In this document: one piece after another, positions 26,830-38,203 of the stretch
Position numbering within the stretch: the first letter of the stretch is position 1
How the letters are laid out: the number at the start of each line of letters is the position of its first letter
Program-made: the position numbers and the translations under genes
NCBI GenBank assembly: GCA_041082215.1
Contig: JBDOIF010000091.1
Span: 9,841 to 73,840 of the forward strand
Length of the DNA stretch: 64,000 nt
From: Anaerolineae bacterium
Lineage (GTDB): Bacteria; Chloroflexota; Anaerolineae; B4-G1; DUEL01
Reading direction: 5' to 3'
Notes under the pieces: model-generated
Told to the model about the DNA's origin: nothing
The model's input: only the letters and a program-made list of their open reading frames with translations
The model's database searches: none

Positions 26830-29800
26830 ATGTCCGGCGATTTTCTCTTCCGTTCAGACCTGGAACAACTGGACCCCTTCGTCGCCGACCTGATCCGCTG
26901 GGAGGCGGAGCGACAGGCGCGCAAGCTCATCCTCATTCCCTCCGAATCCTACGCCCCCAGGGCCGTCCGCCAGGCGCTGGGCTCCGTCTTCCAGAATGTC
27001 TATGCCGAAGGGTACCCCCCGCTGCGGATGACCCGCGACCCGGAGGAGCGGCTTCGCGATGTAGCCTGGCAACTGGCCTTCTACCGCCGCTACGCCGACC
27101 GGCGGTTCTACAAGGGGGTTGACTACGTCCATTTCGTCGAATGCCTGGCCCAGCGCCGATGCGCTGAGCTTTTCGCCCACGACGCCGTCCGCCCCGAACA
27201 TATCTACGTCAACGTCCAGGCCCTCTCCGGCGCGGCGGCCAACCTGGCCATCTACCAGGCCCTGATGGAGCCGGGGGACGTGCTGATGGGCATGCACCTT
27301 TACCAGGGCGGCCACCTGACCCACGGCTCCGAATTCAACCTCTCCGGCCAGCGATACCGGGTGGTCTCCTACGGGGTGGACCCCCGGACAGAGCGGCTGG
27401 ACTACGGCCAGATCCGGGAGCTGGCCCGGCAGCACCGGCCCAGGGTGATCGTCGCCGGGTACACCTCCTACCCCTGGGCGCCGGACTGGCACGCCTTCCG
27501 CGCCATCGCCGACGAGGTGGGGGCCTACCTGGTGGCCGATATCGCCCACACCGCCGGTATGGCCGCCGCCGGAGCCTACCCCAACCCGGTCGGCATAGCC
27601 CACGTCACCGTCTTTACCACCCACAAGACGATCTGCGGGCCGCGCGGTGCGGCTATCCTTACCACCGACGAAGAGCTGGCCCAGGCTATAGATATGGCTA
27701 TCTTCCCCGGCGAGCAGGGCGGCCCCCACGTCAATAAGTTCGCCGCGATGGCCGTCGCCTTCCACATCGCCCGGTCGGAAGAGTTCCGCCGTCTCCAGCA
27801 CCAGATCGCTGCTAACGCCCGCGCCCTGGCTGAGGGGCTCCAGAAGCGGGGTCTCCGGCTGGCCTACGGCGGCACCGACACGCACCTCCTGCTCATTGAC
27901 CTCAAGTCCATCCCCTCCGACACCGGCTTCCCCCTCTGGGGCGAGCCGGCCGTCCGCATCCTCGACCTGGCCGGGATCGTGGCCAACAAGAACACCATCC
28001 CCGGCGATACCGAGACGGCGCTCGCTACCGGCATCCGCATGGGCACCCCCTGGGTCACCCAGCGGGGGCTGAACGAGACGGATATGGACACCCTGGCCGG
28101 GCTGATCCACCGGCTCCTGACCCATATCCGCCCCTTCGCCTACAACGGCCTTATCGGCACCCTCCCCCGTGGTAAGGTGGAGCTGGACGTGCTGGAGGAA
28201 GTGCGGGCGGGGGTAGCGAAGCTGGCGGAGAAGGCGGGGATTGATTTTGAATATACCCCCACCGGCTACCCCCACTTCTACTCCTTCGGGCCCGACGGGA
28301 AGAACACCACCCTGCGCGTCACTGGCTGGCGGGCGCGGCAGTTCGTCCAGCAGGTCGTCACCGCCAATGTCGCGGAACTGGCTCCGGGTCAGGCCAAGGC
28401 CGCCCGCATGCTGGACCACCACGGCAACTCCATCGCCGAAGTCGTCGTCCAGCGGGAGGAGCCGGATCAATGGGGGCGCGACCGCTATCTCATCACCCCC
28501 GGGGCTAACGGAAGCCGCGTCGCCGCCTGGCTGCGCGCCCTATCCGACGGCTACGTCCTCTTTGACGAGGCCGATGTCTACCGCAAAGTGGAGGGACCTG
28601 TTGTGGTGGAGGAGGTCCCTCACCCCTCCCCCGCCGCCTTCGGCGGGGAGGGGGCCGGGGGGTGGGGTGAGGTAGACCTCACCAAGCCCTACTTCATTGG
28701 CCAATCCGCCCTCACGGAGCACGCAATACGCAATACGCAATATCCCGAATGGCGCTGGGAGGAGCGGGAAGCCCCCCTCAAACGCACCCCCCTCTACGAG
28801 ACCCATAAGCGGATGGGCGCCAAGATGGTCCCCTTCGCCGGATGGGAGATGCCGGTCTGGTACACCTCGGTGAGTGAGGAGCACCGGGCTGTGCGGGAGG
28901 CGGCGGGCCTCTTTGACGTGGCGCATATGGGCGTCTTTGAAATTGCCGGCCCCCACGCCACCACCTTCCTCGATACGGTCTGCTCCAACTACGTTGCCTG
29001 GCTGGAGGACGGCCAATCCCTCTACGGCTACCTGCTCGACCCCGACGGGAACGTGATAGACGACGTGATGATCTACCGCCGCCGGGCCGACCTGTACCTG
29101 ATGGTGGTCAACGCCGCCAATGAGGAGAAGGACTGGGACTGGCTCACCGCGGTCAACGAGCGGCGGGTGATCATTGACCGGGAGCGGCCCTGGGTGCAGG
29201 TAGAGGCCCAGGCGACGCTCCGCAACCTGAAGGACCCCGCCTCCGGGGAGCGGCAGAAGCGGGACCTGGCGCTTCAGGGTCCGGCCTCATTGCCCACGCT
29301 CCAGGCCCTCACCGACGACCCGGAGCTGAAGGCGGCGCTGGCGCGGGTGCGCCGCACCGACCTGATCGAGTGCGAGCTGGCCGGGATTCCGCTGGTCATC
29401 GCCCGCACCGGGTACACCGGGGAGGAATGGGGATACGAGCTCTTCGTCCACCCCGACGAGGCCGAGCGGCTGTGGGAGGCGATCCTGGAGGCTGGAAAGC
29501 CCTTCGGGGTGAAGCCGGCGGGGCTGGGAGCACGGGACTCGACGCGCACTGAGGCGGGGCTTCCGCTCTACGGCCACGAACTGGCCGGCCCGTTCGACAT
29601 CTCCCCCATCGAGGCTGGCTTCCCCGGCTACGTCAAGTACCACAAGCCCTTCTTTATTGGCCGCGATGCGCTCCTGGCCCGCGAGGAGGGCCGCTCCCGC
29701 GAGGTGATCCGCTTCCGGATCAATGAAAAGGGAGTGCGTATCCCCCATACCGGCGACCCGGTCGTCAACCGGAAGGGACAGCAGATCGGCCATGTGACCA

Positions 29801-30027
29801 GTTGCTCCATTGACCTGGAGGGGTACCTGGTCGGTCTGGCCATTGTGGAGAAGCGGTACAACGTGCCGGAGACGCCCGTCGCCATCTTCCCCCTGGGCGG
29901 CAAATCGCTGGACGAGGCGCTGCTTCAGGGCAGGCGGGTGACATTGCCGGTGGAGGCGACGGTGCTCACCCGGTTCCCGGAACGGGGGGGTAGGGGAGCA
30001 CGGAGGCGAGGGGAAGGGGAGGATTGA
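26830..30027 (+). CDS. glyA: Fused serine hydroxymethyltransferase / glycine cleavage aminomethyltransferase (GlyA-GcvT)
   Basis: SHMT motifs [30 protein letters not shown]; GcvT motifs [28 protein letters not shown]; one continuous ORF. Confidence 0.92.
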   Translation: MSGDFLFRSDLEQLDPFVADLIRWEAERQARKLILIPSESYAPRAVRQALGSVFQNVYAEGYPPLRMTRDPEERLRDVAWQLAFYRRYADRRFYKGVDYVHFVECLAQRRCAELFAHDAVRPEHIYVNVQALSGAAANLAIYQALMEPGDVLMGMHLYQGGHLTHGSEFNLSGQRYRVVSYGVDPRTERLDYGQIRELARQHRPRVIVAGYTSYPWAPDWHAFRAIADEVGAYLVADIAHTAGMAAAGAYPNPVGIAHVTVFTTHKTICGPRGAAILTTDEELAQAIDMAIFPGEQGGPHVNKFAAMAVAFHIARSEEFRRLQHQIAANARALAEGLQKRGLRLAYGGTDTHLLLIDLKSIPSDTGFPLWGEPAVRILDLAGIVANKNTIPGDTETALATGIRMGTPWVTQRGLNETDMDTLAGLIHRLLTHIRPFAYNGLIGTLPRGKVELDVLEEVRAGVAKLAEKAGIDFEYTPTGYPHFYSFGPDGKNTTLRVTGWRARQFVQQVVTANVAELAPGQAKAARMLDHHGNSIAEVVVQREEPDQWGRDRYLITPGANGSRVAAWLRALSDGYVLFDEADVYRKVEGPVVVEEVPHPSPAAFGGEGAGGWGEVDLTKPYFIGQSALTEHAIRNTQYPEWRWEEREAPLKRTPLYETHKRMGAKMVPFAGWEMPVWYTSVSEEHRAVREAAGLFDVAHMGVFEIAGPHATTFLDTVCSNYVAWLEDGQSLYGYLLDPDGNVIDDVMIYRRRADLYLMVVNAANEEKDWDWLTAVNERRVIIDRERPWVQVEAQATLRNLKDPASGERQKRDLALQGPASLPTLQALTDDPELKAALARVRRTDLIECELAGIPLVIARTGYTGEEWGYELFVHPDEAERLWEAILEAGKPFGVKPAGLGARDSTRTEAGLPLYGHELAGPFDISPIEAGFPGYVKYHKPFFIGRDALLAREEGRSREVIRFRINEKGVRIPHTGDPVVNRKGQQIGHVTSCSIDLEGYLVGLAIVEKRYNVPETPVAIFPLGGKSLDEALLQGRRVTLPVEATVLTRFPERGGRGARRRGEGED

Positions 30028-30030
30028 TCT

Positions 30031-30089
30031 GCAGGACAAGCTTCAGCTTGTCCTGCAGCGGGGTAGGGCGGCTCTGCCAGCCGCCCTAC
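30031..30089. repeat. Two REP palindromes between convergent genes
   Basis: GCAGGACAAGCT-tc-AGCTTGTCCTGC and GTAGGGCGGCT-ctgcc-AGCCGCCCTAC. Confidence 0.75.
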
Positions 30090-30097
30090 TCTCTCTA

Positions 30098-31408
30098 CTA
30101 CACAACCCCCATCTCCTGCTCCGCCCGCCTGCGCATCACGGCCCGCAGCCGACCCACGTCCTGCGGCACGCGGTAGGCTACGGCGCCGAAGAGGGCCGCA
30201 CAGACCAGCCAGGTGGAGACGCAAATGCTGACGATCGCCACGTGGAGGGAGGACTGCACCGCGATCAGGCCGGCCAGGAAGGGGGCCGTCGCCGAACCGA
30301 TGTTTTCGGCAAAGTAGGTCAGCGAGTGGGCTGTGCTCCGGGCCTCCGGCTCGATGATGTCGTGGATGATGGCCGGTACGTTCGGCGCAGCGATGGACAT
30401 GGTGATGCCGGTCAGGCAGAGGAAGATCAGGAACAGCCCCGTCTGCTCCACCGGCACGCTCATCGTCAAATAGAGCAGAACTGCGCCGGCCAGGACCCCT
30501 GTCCCGGAGACAAAGGCCCGGCCCCGCACCGTGCGCCGAAAGGCCAGGTCGCCCAGCGACCCGCCGACGAAGTATCCGGCGGAGAGGAAGAGGATGGCCA
30601 GAAGCATCGTCACCATCACCTGCTGCGACGTGTACCCCCGCTCCGTCTCCAGGTAGCGGAAGAACCAGAAGGTGATCACGTTCCAGGGGAAGACGCCGAA
30701 GAAGCCCTGGGCCATCAGCAGGAGAAGGGTCGGCCGGCGCAGCACCAGCCGTATCTTCTCCCGGTCAATGCGATACACGCCGATCTTCTCCAGCCCCTCC
30801 ATCTCCGGCTCGGACCTCCCCCGGGGCATCTCCCGAACTCCGAAGAAGACGAGAGCGGCGATCACGATCCCCACGCCGCCGGTGAGGAAGAAAAGCCGTC
30901 GCCAGCCCAGCGATGCCCCCAGCGTCAGGGCCAGCACTGTCCCCAGCATATACCCCATCGGCTGGGCGATCTCCAGCAGCCCGTAGACCTTGCCCCGCAT
31001 CCGGGGACCGAAATAGTCGGAAAGGAGGCTGAACAGGCCAGGGTAGCAGGAATCGTCTATGCCGGTCGTGGCGCGGGTTGCCAGAAAGGTGGGGTAGTTG
31101 GGGGCCAGGGCGTTCAGCCAGGTGGTGGACCCCCAGATCAGGGAGGCCAGGGCGATCAGCTTTGCCCGGGCGTACCGGTCGTACAGGTAGCCCCAGATGA
31201 GGTAGAGCACCGCCGCTACGGCGATGGCCAGGCTGGAGACCGCCCCCATCTGGGCCTCGTTGATGCCGAATTCCTCCATGATCGGTGTTGTCAGCGGGCC
31301 GATGAGGAGCTTGTCCGCCTGGTGGAGCAGCACGAACAGGAAGAAAATGGCCACGACAAACCAGCGGTAAGAAGACCGAGCGTGCATGGGACCTCTACCC
31401 TCCGGCAT
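30098..31408 (-). CDS. MFS transporter
   Basis: 12-TM pattern; motif A-like GYLYDRYAR; SDYFGPRMRG. Confidence 0.88.
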   Translation of the reverse strand: MPEGRGPMHARSSYRWFVVAIFFLFVLLHQADKLLIGPLTTPIMEEFGINEAQMGAVSSLAIAVAAVLYLIWGYLYDRYARAKLIALASLIWGSTTWLNALAPNYPTFLATRATTGIDDSCYPGLFSLLSDYFGPRMRGKVYGLLEIAQPMGYMLGTVLALTLGASLGWRRLFFLTGGVGIVIAALVFFGVREMPRGRSEPEMEGLEKIGVYRIDREKIRLVLRRPTLLLLMAQGFFGVFPWNVITFWFFRYLETERGYTSQQVMVTMLLAILFLSAGYFVGGSLGDLAFRRTVRGRAFVSGTGVLAGAVLLYLTMSVPVEQTGLFLIFLCLTGITMSIAAPNVPAIIHDIIEPEARSTAHSLTYFAENIGSATAPFLAGLIAVQSSLHVAIVSICVSTWLVCAALFGAVAYRVPQDVGRLRAVMRRRAEQEMGVV

Positions 31409-31466
31409 AGTGTGATGGATTGCGATCCAGTCCTTCCGACGGCTTTGAGGGGCAGGGGTGGGGAGG

Positions 31467-33155
31467 CTATTCCAGGCCCACCAGCCGTGCCCAGGGGCCG
31501 TGTATGCCGTCGTCGGTGACGCCGTAATAGATGCGGATTCTACCCTCGTCCCGCTGCGCCAGGTCGTAGCGGGCCTGTCCCCCCCGCTCCCGTTTGCGGA
31601 TCAGGGCGATGTCCCCCTCCCACTGGAGCTGGGTCGGGTCAACCGGGTGGTCCTCTTTCTGGGTGATTGCGTAGTGCCACAGCTTCCGGGCCGACTTGCG
31701 GGTAACGTTCTTGACCACGTTGCCGTTGCGCAGGTCCCGCATCGTGTGGTAGAGGATCCCCTGTCGCTCCTCGCTGTCCACGATCTCCACCCCGGTCCGT
31801 GGCGGCTCGACCCGGCCGCTGGGGGGCTCCTCTTTTTCTGGCGTCGGCAACAACACCCGTTGCACCAGATTGACGATCTCATCCCGTACCGCCAGCCCGG
31901 TCTCTGACTCGCTGCGGACGTAGATCTTGTTGTCGTCAATAGCGTAGGGAGGGTCTTCTCCCCGGGGGATCGCCACCCGCACGACCTTCTTCCCCTGCGT
32001 CTCCAGGACATCGGCGGCAATCTGGAGGGGGGGCGTGATGCGTCGGGCGACCTCCGCCCGGATGGCCTCGATTGCCTGGCGGGGGTTGCCGACCCCTGCT
32101 GGCGGCTCCTTCGGATCGTCGCTGACGCCGATATAGAGGGTGCCGCCGTTGGTGTTGGCAAAGGCGCAGATATCGCTCAGGATTTCATAGAGGTAACCGC
32201 CCCTTCGGCTGAACCGCTCGTGGAAATCCTGTACAATAGAAGGACCTTCTTCACGGGCAGCCTGCACATGGTCGAAGGGGGCCCTGGCCGCCGGGCGGTA
32301 AGGACGGGTGCGGGCGAAGTCCTCCCCCAGAAAGACCTCCCGCAGCGCTTCGAAGCTCACCTCCGGCAGCAAAACCTCTGTCACCCGGTCCCCTACCCCC
32401 AGGTGGCGGGGATCATCGGGGCTGCGGGTCAGCCGATGGGCGTCGGACCCCTGGATGCAGCGCATTCGGCGGGGATATTCCGGCTTGGAGCCGTCGAAGA
32501 AGCGGGCTGTGGCCTGCTGTCCTTTCTTCTCCAGGTCGGTCACCTCCAGGGCGTGGAGGTGGGGGTCCTGGGTGTAGGCGATCCGCGTCTGCCCGCCGAA
32601 ATCGAATCCCCGCATCGCCACGCCGTTGGAGGAGTTAGCGTGGGCTGCGATCACAATCCCGCCTGCCTCGGCGATCGCCCGATAGGCAGTGAGGACATCG
32701 GTCGTCGCGCCGACTTCCGCGCTGCCCTCATCCAGCTTTGTCAACGGGATGTTCAGGCGACGCAGCAGAAACTCCAGCTCCCGCACGTCGGCCTCCGGGC
32801 TGAAAATGCCCAGAATATGGAAGCCGAAAGTGGCGGTGAACTCAAAGCCGGGGAGGATCAGAATCTTCTCCCGCAGCCGCCGGTACTCCCGCAATCGCTC
32901 CTTCTCCTCCTTACGCGACCGACCCAGCTCCTCCAGCAGCTCCAGTTGCCGGATCTCTTCCTGCATTCTCCGGTAGCCCGCCAGTGTGTTATGGTCAGTG
33001 AAGGCGATAATATCCAGCCCCCGCTCCTCTGCCTGGCGCAATATGTCCAGGAAAGAGACACCCGGTTCCTGATAATCAGCAGAGGCGGGTGTATGGAGGT
33101 GCAGGTCCACCCGCCTCCACTGGGGCTTTGTCCGTTCCTTTTTCTTTTTTACCAT
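31467..33155 (-). CDS. PHP phosphoesterase fused to a Schlafen/AlbA_2 domain and an uncharacterised C-terminal domain
   Basis: PHP motifs DLHLHT, FTDHN, PGFE, AAHA, GSDAH; AlbA_2 motif [18 protein letters not shown]. Confidence 0.85.
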   Translation of the reverse strand: MVKKKKERTKPQWRRVDLHLHTPASADYQEPGVSFLDILRQAEERGLDIIAFTDHNTLAGYRRMQEEIRQLELLEELGRSRKEEKERLREYRRLREKILILPGFEFTATFGFHILGIFSPEADVRELEFLLRRLNIPLTKLDEGSAEVGATTDVLTAYRAIAEAGGIVIAAHANSSNGVAMRGFDFGGQTRIAYTQDPHLHALEVTDLEKKGQQATARFFDGSKPEYPRRMRCIQGSDAHRLTRSPDDPRHLGVGDRVTEVLLPEVSFEALREVFLGEDFARTRPYRPAARAPFDHVQAAREEGPSIVQDFHERFSRRGGYLYEILSDICAFANTNGGTLYIGVSDDPKEPPAGVGNPRQAIEAIRAEVARRITPPLQIAADVLETQGKKVVRVAIPRGEDPPYAIDDNKIYVRSESETGLAVRDEIVNLVQRVLLPTPEKEEPPSGRVEPPRTGVEIVDSEERQGILYHTMRDLRNGNVVKNVTRKSARKLWHYAITQKEDHPVDPTQLQWEGDIALIRKRERGGQARYDLAQRDEGRIRIYYGVTDDGIHGPWARLVGLE

Positions 33156-33170
33156 TCCTCTCTCGTTTTT

Positions 33171-33542
33171 CTATCTCGTGTGCGAGCTCTGATCCAGCAA
33201 TGCACCAATCTGTCGCACCAGATCGTCGGGGAGGAAGGGTTTGAGGATGAAGAGATCCGCCCCCGCCTCCTTGCACCGTCGCTGGAGGTCCATCCCGGAG
33301 GTCATCACGACAGGGAGAGTGCATAGCCCCTCATCCTGTCGCAACTGCTGGAGCAGGGGGATCGTCTCCTGGTTACGGATACGGACGTCCATCAGCAGAA
33401 TATCGGGTTGTACCTCTCGAAGGGTTGGCAGGATGTCGTTATACTGGGAGACAACGACGACCTTATAGCCCTCCAGCTCGAGGAGCGTGCTCAGAAGTCT
33501 CCCCATCTCCCGGTCGTCATCCACCACAACGATCGTGCTCAC
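33171..33542 (-). CDS. Single-domain response regulator (receiver)
   Basis: VVDDD, LMD (phosphoacceptor), MTSG, FILKPF. Confidence 0.92.
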   Translation of the reverse strand: MSTIVVVDDDREMGRLLSTLLELEGYKVVVVSQYNDILPTLREVQPDILLMDVRIRNQETIPLLQQLRQDEGLCTLPVVMTSGMDLQRRCKEAGADLFILKPFLPDDLVRQIGALLDQSSHTR

Positions 33543-36067
33543 GAATCCTTCTCCACCTCGTCTGTTGGCTCCGATGAGCGGCTGCGACGCTGTCTGCGCC
33601 GGTCCGGCTCCAGCGCAGCTTCGAACACCTCATCCACCCGTTCGACCAGCACGAACTTCATCGCCCGGCGGACCTCCTCTGGCACCTCCTCCAGGTCTTT
33701 CTCGTTCCATTTAGGGAGGATCACCTTTTTCAGCCCGGCTCGATGGGCAGCCAGGACCTTTTCCTTGATCCCGCCCACCGGCAGGACCTGGCCACGGAGG
33801 GTGATCTCGCCTGTCATCCCCACGTCGGGTCGGACCTTGCGGCCGGTGAGGAGGGAGACCAGGGCGGTGGCGATCGTCACGCCGGCCGATGGGCCGTCTT
33901 TGGGGATCGCGCCAGCGGGGACGTGGAGGTGGATGTCCACCTCATCGAAGAAGTTCTCCGGGATCCCCAGCTCCTTTGCTTTGGCCCGCACGTAGCTGAG
34001 GGCAGCCTGGGCCGATTCTTTCATCACCTCTCCCAACTGACCGGTGATCTGGAACCCTTTCTTTCCCGGCATCTGCGTCGCTTCGAAGAACATCACATCG
34101 CCGCCGGTGGGGGTCCACCCCAGTCCGGTCGCCACGCCGGGAAGCTCGGTGCGCAGGGCGGTCTCCGCAAAGAAGCGGGGGCGGCCCAGGTATTTGGGAA
34201 TATCCCTGGCCGTCACCCGGACCGGCGTCTTCCCATTCCCCTCGGCGATGGCGGTGGCCACCTTCCGGCAGATACGGCCGATCTCCCGCTCCAGGTTACG
34301 TACCCCCGCCTCGCGGGTATATTCACGAATGATGGAACGGATGGCGCCGTCGGTAAAGCTGATCTCATCCTGGCGCAGGCCGTTCTCCCGCCGTTGACGG
34401 GGGATCAGGTAGCCCTGAGCGATTTGCACCTTCTCCATTTCTGTGTAGCCGGAGAGCTGGAGGATCTCCATCCGGTCCCGCAGCGGAGCGGGGATGGGGT
34501 CGAGAAGGTTGGCGGTGGTGATGAACATCACCTGGGAGAGGTCGAAGGGGACATCCATGTAGTGGTCCCTAAACTCCCGGTTCTGCTCGGGGTCGAGGAC
34601 CTCCAGCAGGGCGGCGGCCGGATCGCCGCGGAAGTCCATCCCGATCTTATCCACCTCGTCCAACATGAAGACCGGATTCTTGGTGCCGGCGCGGCGGAGG
34701 GCCTGGATGATGCGGCCAGGCAGGGCGCCGATGTAGGTACGGCGATGGCCACGGATCTCCGCCTCGTCCCGCATCCCACCCAGCGATTGACGGATGAACT
34801 TCCGCCCGAGGGCGCGGGCGATGGACTGCCCCAGGCTGGTCTTGCCGGTGCCCGGCGGGCCGACAAAGCAGAGGATGACCCCCTCCCGTTCACGGCGGAT
34901 GGTATCGGTCACCTCCTCTTTCTCCCGCTCCTCCTTCCGCTCCTGCTTCAGCTTCCGCACCGCCAGGTATTCCAGAATTCGCTCTTTGATCTCCTCCAGG
35001 TCGTAGTGGTCCTCGTCCAGCACCTTCCGGGCGTGGGCGATATCCAGGTTGTCCTCCGTCTGCACATTCCACGGCAGGTTGACCAGCCAGTCCAGGTAGG
35101 TGCGGATGACGCCGTATTCGGCGGCGGCGGTGGGGAGCTTGCTCAGCCGGTCCAGCTCCCGGCGGGCCTCCTTTTCCGCCTCCTCCGGCATGCCCGCCTC
35201 TTCGATCTTGCGGCGGAACTCCTCCACCTCCATTTGCTGCTCGCTGGCCTCCCCCAGCTCCCGCTGGATCGCCTTGAGCTGCTCGCGGAGGAAGTACTCC
35301 CGCTGCGCCTTTTCCACCTCGGATTGGGCCTCGGATTGGATCTTGCGCCCCAGTTCGACCACTTCCAGCTCCTTGGTGAGCTGGGCGAGCATGAAGTGGA
35401 GCTTCTCGCGGGTGGAATCCAGCTCCAGGAGGCGCTGGGCGTCCTCCAGGCTGAGGCGGATGTGGGTGGCGATGGTGTAGACAAGCTGTAGGGGGTTTTC
35501 CACGTTGATCACCATCACCAGCAGCTCCTCGGGCACCGCGGGCAGCAGTTCGGTCAGGTGGCGGAAGGTGTCCACAACGGAACGCTGGAGGGCTTTGATC
35601 TCCAGGGTCTCTTCCACCGTCTCGGGGATCTCCCGGACCCGGGCCTTGAGGTAGGGCTCCGTAGCGGTGAACGCCTCGATGCGCACCCGGCGAAGCCCCT
35701 GCATAATGAGCGTGATAGTCTCATCCGGCGCTTTGAAGAGCCGGTGGACGGTCGCGACGGTCCCCACCCGGTACACGTCGTTGGGGCCTGGCTCCGGCAA
35801 CTCCGGGTCCTTGCTGGCGACAAGGCCGATCAGCCGCTGGCCGACCACCGCGTCGTCCACCAGCCGGATGGACCGGGGCTGGCCGACGCGGATGGGCACG
35901 GCCGTCATCGGATAGACCACCAAACCTCGAAGGGGAAGGATGGGCAGTTCTTCGGGAATTTCCAGCCCTTTCTGCTCCCCTTCCTCTTCCTGCTTTTCCA
36001 GCTGGGCTATAGCAGGGATGTTCAGTTGCTTGAAGAAGCTACCTGATACCATTTCGTCCTTATCCAT
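33539..36067 (-). CDS. lon: ATP-dependent protease La (Lon)
   Basis: [40 protein letters not shown]. Confidence 0.97.
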   Translation of the reverse strand: MDKDEMVSGSFFKQLNIPAIAQLEKQEEEGEQKGLEIPEELPILPLRGLVVYPMTAVPIRVGQPRSIRLVDDAVVGQRLIGLVASKDPELPEPGPNDVYRVGTVATVHRLFKAPDETITLIMQGLRRVRIEAFTATEPYLKARVREIPETVEETLEIKALQRSVVDTFRHLTELLPAVPEELLVMVINVENPLQLVYTIATHIRLSLEDAQRLLELDSTREKLHFMLAQLTKELEVVELGRKIQSEAQSEVEKAQREYFLREQLKAIQRELGEASEQQMEVEEFRRKIEEAGMPEEAEKEARRELDRLSKLPTAAAEYGVIRTYLDWLVNLPWNVQTEDNLDIAHARKVLDEDHYDLEEIKERILEYLAVRKLKQERKEEREKEEVTDTIRREREGVILCFVGPPGTGKTSLGQSIARALGRKFIRQSLGGMRDEAEIRGHRRTYIGALPGRIIQALRRAGTKNPVFMLDEVDKIGMDFRGDPAAALLEVLDPEQNREFRDHYMDVPFDLSQVMFITTANLLDPIPAPLRDRMEILQLSGYTEMEKVQIAQGYLIPRQRRENGLRQDEISFTDGAIRSIIREYTREAGVRNLEREIGRICRKVATAIAEGNGKTPVRVTARDIPKYLGRPRFFAETALRTELPGVATGLGWTPTGGDVMFFEATQMPGKKGFQITGQLGEVMKESAQAALSYVRAKAKELGIPENFFDEVDIHLHVPAGAIPKDGPSAGVTIATALVSLLTGRKVRPDVGMTGEITLRGQVLPVGGIKEKVLAAHRAGLKKVILPKWNEKDLEEVPEEVRRAMKFVLVERVDEVFEAALEPDRRRQRRSRSSEPTDEVEKDS

Positions 36068-36082
36068 ACTTGTTTTCCGATC

Positions 36083-36508
36083 TCATTCTCCACAGGCATC
36101 AACCACCGGCACGCGGCGGGCTGGTGGGCGCGGAAGGAAAACCTTCAGGAAGCCCGCCTCATATACTGCCTGGACCCGGTCCGGGTCCACGGTCCAGGGG
36201 AGGTACACTTCGGCACGGAACTCTCCGTAGCGGATTTCCATCTGGTAATAAGCTCGCTTGGGTTCCGGGTCCTTCCGCACCCCTTCGATCACCAGCACTC
36301 GTTCGCCGAGGGTGATGGAGAAATCCTCCTCCCCCATCCCGGCGATCTCCACCTGCACGACCAGCCCTTCCTCGTTTTCATAGACGTCTGTGGGCGGTTC
36401 CCAGGCCCTTGTGTGACGAAAGACGACCCATCCCTCTCGCAGCAATCGTTGCACATCGGGCCCGAGCTGCAGCCAACTCGATTGCACGATCTGCCGCTTA
36501 ATCGTCAT
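36083..36508 (-). CDS. Hsp20/alpha-crystallin family protein
   Basis: PPTDVYE...IEGVR...YGEF...YEAGFLKVFLP. Confidence 0.9.
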   Translation of the reverse strand: MTIKRQIVQSSWLQLGPDVQRLLREGWVVFRHTRAWEPPTDVYENEEGLVVQVEIAGMGEEDFSITLGERVLVIEGVRKDPEPKRAYYQMEIRYGEFRAEVYLPWTVDPDRVQAVYEAGFLKVFLPRPPARRVPVVDACGE

Positions 36509-36543
36509 CTCTGCTCTCCCTAAAGAATTGCTTCCGATTTACT

Positions 36544-36626
36544 ATTTTACCACAGTTGCGCGGGGTGTTCAAACAGGAGGGAAGCGGCGATGTCCGTTTG
36601 ACAGAAAGCTCTCCCTCCGCTATAAT
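36544..36626. promoter_or_regulatory. Divergent sigma70 promoters for hsp20-lon (-) and secDF (+)
   Basis: Minus strand TTGAAC-17-TAAAAT (36572..36544); plus strand TTGACA-17-TATAAT (36598..36626). Confidence 0.75.
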
Positions 36627-36697
36627 CCGCTCCGTTTCCGGTTCACCAACCTGCCCGGTGTGGCGGACGGAAAATATATGGGGGGCACGGGGAGGAT

Positions 36698-38188
36698 ATG
36701 GATAGACGAAACATAGCGTTGCTCACCTTTATCCTGGTCCTGGCTGCGCTGGTTACCTATGTGGACCTGGACATAGGCCATCCGGCCTGGGTGGAGAGCC
36801 TCCTCTTCTGGCGGCCGGAGGGGGCGCGACAGATCGCCATCCGGTATGGATTGGATCTCCGGGGTGGGCTGAAGGTGCTCCTGGCAGCCGACGTCCCGGC
36901 GGGACAGGAGGTGGACACGGTGGCGATGGAGACCGCCCGCCAGATTGTCGAGAACCGGGTCAACGGCCTGGGCCTCACCGAGCCTCTGGTCCAGGCGCAG
37001 GGGGAGCGGCGGATCATCGTCGAGCTGCCCGGCATTGAGGACCCGGAGCTGGCGGTGGAGACGATCCGGGGGACGGCCCTTCTGGAGTTCGTGGACGCCG
37101 GCTACATGTGGCTGCCCGAAGGGGTGGTGATCGAGACGACGCTCGGCGGGCCGGGCGGCGGGGGTCCCACAGAGGAAATCACGCCGACGGTCGGGCTGAC
37201 GCCAACCGTCGAGCTCAGCCCAACCCTGGAGCTGACCGCTACCGCCCCCCTCACCGAAGCGGCCCCGATCAGCCCCACGGCGGAGATCACCCCCACCACA
37301 GGCCCGCACGTCTACGAGACGATACTCACCGGCGCGGGGTTGAAACAGGTGGGGCTGGATCGCTCCCAGACCAACGAGTATCAGATCCCCTTCGAGCTCT
37401 ATCCCGAAGCGGCTCAGACGTTCGCTGAGTACACCGCCTCCCACGTGGGGCAGTATCTCTGCATCGTGCTGGATAAACGGGTCATCTCCTGTCCGGTTAT
37501 CCGGGAGGCGATCCCGAACGGGCGGGGGACCATCTCGTTGGGGAATGCGACGTATCAGGAGGCGCGCAATCTGGCGGTCCAGCTTCATTACGGCGCGTTG
37601 CCGGTCCCGCTGCGGGTGGAGACGGTCAGCACCGTCGGCCCCACGCTGGGCGAGCTCTCCGTGGAGCGGTCCATCCGCGCCGGCATCATCGGCCTCTCAG
37701 TGGTGTTACTATTTATGCTGATCTACTACCGGCTCCCGGGGGCGCTCGCCGATCTGGCACTCCTGCTTTACGCGGGGCTGAACCTGGCCCTTTACAAGCT
37801 GGTTCCGGTCACCCTCACCCTGCCCGGCATCGCTGGCTTCCTCCTGTCGGCTGGGATGGCGGTGGACGCCAACATCCTGGTCTTTGAGCGGATGAAGGAG
37901 GAGCTGCGGACAGGGCGAAGCCTGCGGGCGGCCATCGAGTCGGGCTTCGAACGGGCGTGGACCTCGATCCGGGATTCGCAGATTTCCACGCTGATCGTCT
38001 GCGCCGTGCTCTACTTCTTCGGCACCAACTTCGGCGCCAGTATGGTCAAGGGCTTTGCCCTCACCCTGGCCATCGGTACGGTCATCAACCTGTTTACAGC
38101 CGTTGTGGCCACGCGCACCTTCATCCGCACGGTCTTCCACCTGGCGGGCGACTGGCTGCGCTCGCGCCGCTGGCTGCTGGGGGTATAA
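36698..38188 (+). CDS. secD: Protein translocase subunit SecD
   Basis: GLDLRGG, RVNGLGLTEP, GALPVPL, GMAVDANILVFER. Confidence 0.96.
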   Translation: MDRRNIALLTFILVLAALVTYVDLDIGHPAWVESLLFWRPEGARQIAIRYGLDLRGGLKVLLAADVPAGQEVDTVAMETARQIVENRVNGLGLTEPLVQAQGERRIIVELPGIEDPELAVETIRGTALLEFVDAGYMWLPEGVVIETTLGGPGGGGPTEEITPTVGLTPTVELSPTLELTATAPLTEAAPISPTAEITPTTGPHVYETILTGAGLKQVGLDRSQTNEYQIPFELYPEAAQTFAEYTASHVGQYLCIVLDKRVISCPVIREAIPNGRGTISLGNATYQEARNLAVQLHYGALPVPLRVETVSTVGPTLGELSVERSIRAGIIGLSVVLLFMLIYYRLPGALADLALLLYAGLNLALYKLVPVTLTLPGIAGFLLSAGMAVDANILVFERMKEELRTGRSLRAAIESGFERAWTSIRDSQISTLIVCAVLYFFGTNFGASMVKGFALTLAIGTVINLFTAVVATRTFIRTVFHLAGDWLRSRRWLLGV

Positions 38189-38203
38189 CGGGGGGACGGG
38201 GGA

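Noticed and set aside
36509-36600. CIRCE element upstream of hsp20-lon
   Set aside because: No TTAGCACTC-N9-GAGTGCTAA; only an isolated half-site-like GGGTGCTAA at about 43461, far from these genes.
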